From the IMG/VR virus record IMGVR_UViG_3300010350_000694, positions 1-15,137 of that record: a stretch of DNA of 15,137 nt, one strand, 5' to 3'. The position numbers and the translations under genes are program-made. Of this stretch, positions 14,315 to 15,137 are shown piece after piece; positions within the stretch are counted from its first letter, which is position 1, and each line of letters starts with the position of its first letter. The DNA is from a virus. The notes under the pieces were generated by a model. It did no database searches and was not told the DNA's origin. It saw only the letters and a list, made by a program, of their open reading frames with translations.

Positions 14315-14572
14315 TTATAACTCATTTATATAATATGTTCTTGTGAACTCGTTGCCTTCTGTACTGTTGCAGGTGTCATAGTCAAGCACGCCGAACATTT
14401 TTTCAATAACGCCGTCCATATACTCCACAATATCCAAAAAGTCATCAAAAACGGCCTTGCCATGAGGCATATCGTGAATACCGTTATCATTGTCAAAATA
14501 ACAGCCCCATACTGTCGTTATGTCTCCGCCTCTGTTGTATGACTTTAATGTTATTTTATTGACATTTTTCAT
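14315..14572 (-). CDS. Hypothetical acidic early protein (85 aa)
   Basis: ORF with SD AAGGAG 9 nt upstream. About 15 Asp/Glu versus about 7 Lys/Arg. I recognise no family. Confidence 0.65.
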   Translation of the reverse strand: MKNVNKITLKSYNRGGDITTVWGCYFDNDNGIHDMPHGKAVFDDFLDIVEYMDGVIEKMFGVLDYDTCNSTEGNEFTRTYYINEL

Positions 14573-14587
14573 TGCCTTAATCTCCTT

Positions 14588-14671
14588 GCGTATGCCCGCC
14601 GGCTATATAGTGGCTTAATTAGCCCCATCACGGGCCCGGATATGTCACCGGGCCTGTTGTGCGACTAATTA
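14588..14671 (-). other. GC-rich structured intergenic element between the first two early genes
   Basis: The stem GGCCCGG/CCGGGCC (14633-39 with 14648-54, 8-nt loop) is nested in an outer stem TAATTAG/CTAATTA (14616-22 with 14665-71). The 13-mer GCGTATGCCCGCC (14588-14600) is 12/13 identical to 9401-9413. Confidence 0.5.
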
Positions 14672-14935
14672 TGCAAGATACTTAACGCGGCCGGCCATCA
14701 TAGCCATAACGTGGCAGTACTGATCCCATACTTTATAATTTTCGTATTTTGCTGCCTCTTCTTCTGTCTCTTCGTAGATATCAGCAAGCTCACGGCGTGC
14801 CTTATCGAAATTGCAAGCCAATACGCCACCTTTAATCCACTCTAATGCCTTCAAGTATTCCATACATTTGAACTCTTCTGCCATTCCGTAATCCTTAATA
14901 ATAGCTCCAGCCTTTTCCATCTGTCTTTTTGTCAT
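14669..14935 (-). CDS. Hypothetical early protein (88 aa), first gene from the right end
   Basis: ORF with SD GAAGGAG 8 nt upstream. Composition is predicted all-helical and charged. I recognise no family. Confidence 0.65.
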   Translation of the reverse strand: MTKRQMEKAGAIIKDYGMAEEFKCMEYLKALEWIKGGVLACNFDKARRELADIYEETEEEAAKYENYKVWDQYCHVMAMMAGRVKYLA

Positions 14936-14985
14936 ATATATATCTCCTTCTGGCTCTTAGGTTGCCACCCATTGTTCTTATCTAT

Positions 14986-15013
14986 ATTTTACCACATCCG
15001 CGCAATATAGCAA
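14986..15013 (-). promoter_or_regulatory. Candidate right-end early promoter (TTGCTA-16-TAAAAT with TG extension)
   Basis: On the minus strand TGGTAAAAT places the -10 at 14986-14991, and the -35 TTGCTA is at 15008-15013, just inside the ITR boundary. An overlapping alternative is TTGATT-15-TATATT. Confidence 0.45.
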
Positions 15014-15018
15014 TTAAA

Positions 15019-15137
15019 TTATTTAATCAACATGCACAAAATTTGGTATCGATATTTGTGCAACCTGTACACTTGACACCAGCGATCGGGGAACTGGCCG
15101 AACGCCTGTTATAGGCTATGATATATATTTATTATTT
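15019..15137. repeat. Right inverted terminal repeat
   Basis: Reverse complement of 1-119: 15050-15137 is exact, and 15019-15049 has 3 mismatches. Confidence 0.97.

Noticed and set aside
14936-14985. Upstream 25-codon ORF (MGGNLRARRR...) in the right-end leader
   Set aside because: It has no SD and is out of frame with the 88-aa gene, which it overlaps.
1-15137. Lysogeny module (integrase, CI/Cro pair, excisionase)
   Set aside because: No recombinase-sized ORF or tyrosine/serine recombinase motif is present, and every sizeable ORF is otherwise assigned. The RHH gene alone does not establish temperate behaviour.

Overview
This window is a complete genome, not a fragment. Bases 1-88 are the exact reverse complement of 15050-15137, and identity continues to 119 bp with 3 mismatches, so it is a 15,137-bp linear replicon with inverted terminal repeats. 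It encodes a protein-primed family-B DNA polymerase preceded by a terminal-protein-sized gene, and a phi29 gp16-type packaging ATPase. It also carries phi29-like scaffold, major capsid, connector, lower collar and tail-knob genes, a collagen-like fibre, a CHAP endolysin and a BhlA-like holin. That makes it a small phi29-like (Salasmaviridae / picovirus-type) podophage. The host is probably a low-GC Gram-positive, judging by AGGAGG Shine-Dalgarno (SD) sites and the lysis gene types. Every credible gene is on the minus strand, running right to left in this order: early genes, regulator, replication, packaging ATPase, lysin, head, neck, fibre, holin, tail knob. The part I cannot map to any described phi29-type system is 13.8-14.2 kb. 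There, a 41-aa ribbon-helix-helix (RHH) gene absent from the ORF track is flanked upstream by 10.5 head-to-tail 11-bp repeats. Downstream it is flanked by seven ACTCAAA heptad-like units that cover the promoter, 5' leader and start codon of the replication operon. Other points worth a second look: (1) a 71-nt GC-rich three-way-junction element starting at the predicted +1 of a consensus promoter beside the packaging ATPase gene; (2) a recurring TGATATAA(T) extended -10 motif at module boundaries; (3) a tail-knob homologue split by a single in-frame TAA; (4) a lower collar protein with a greatly expanded Thr/Gly/Ser/Asn repeat core. All protein family calls rest on motifs read by eye and on remembered phi29 sequences, and need HMM or BLAST confirmation.
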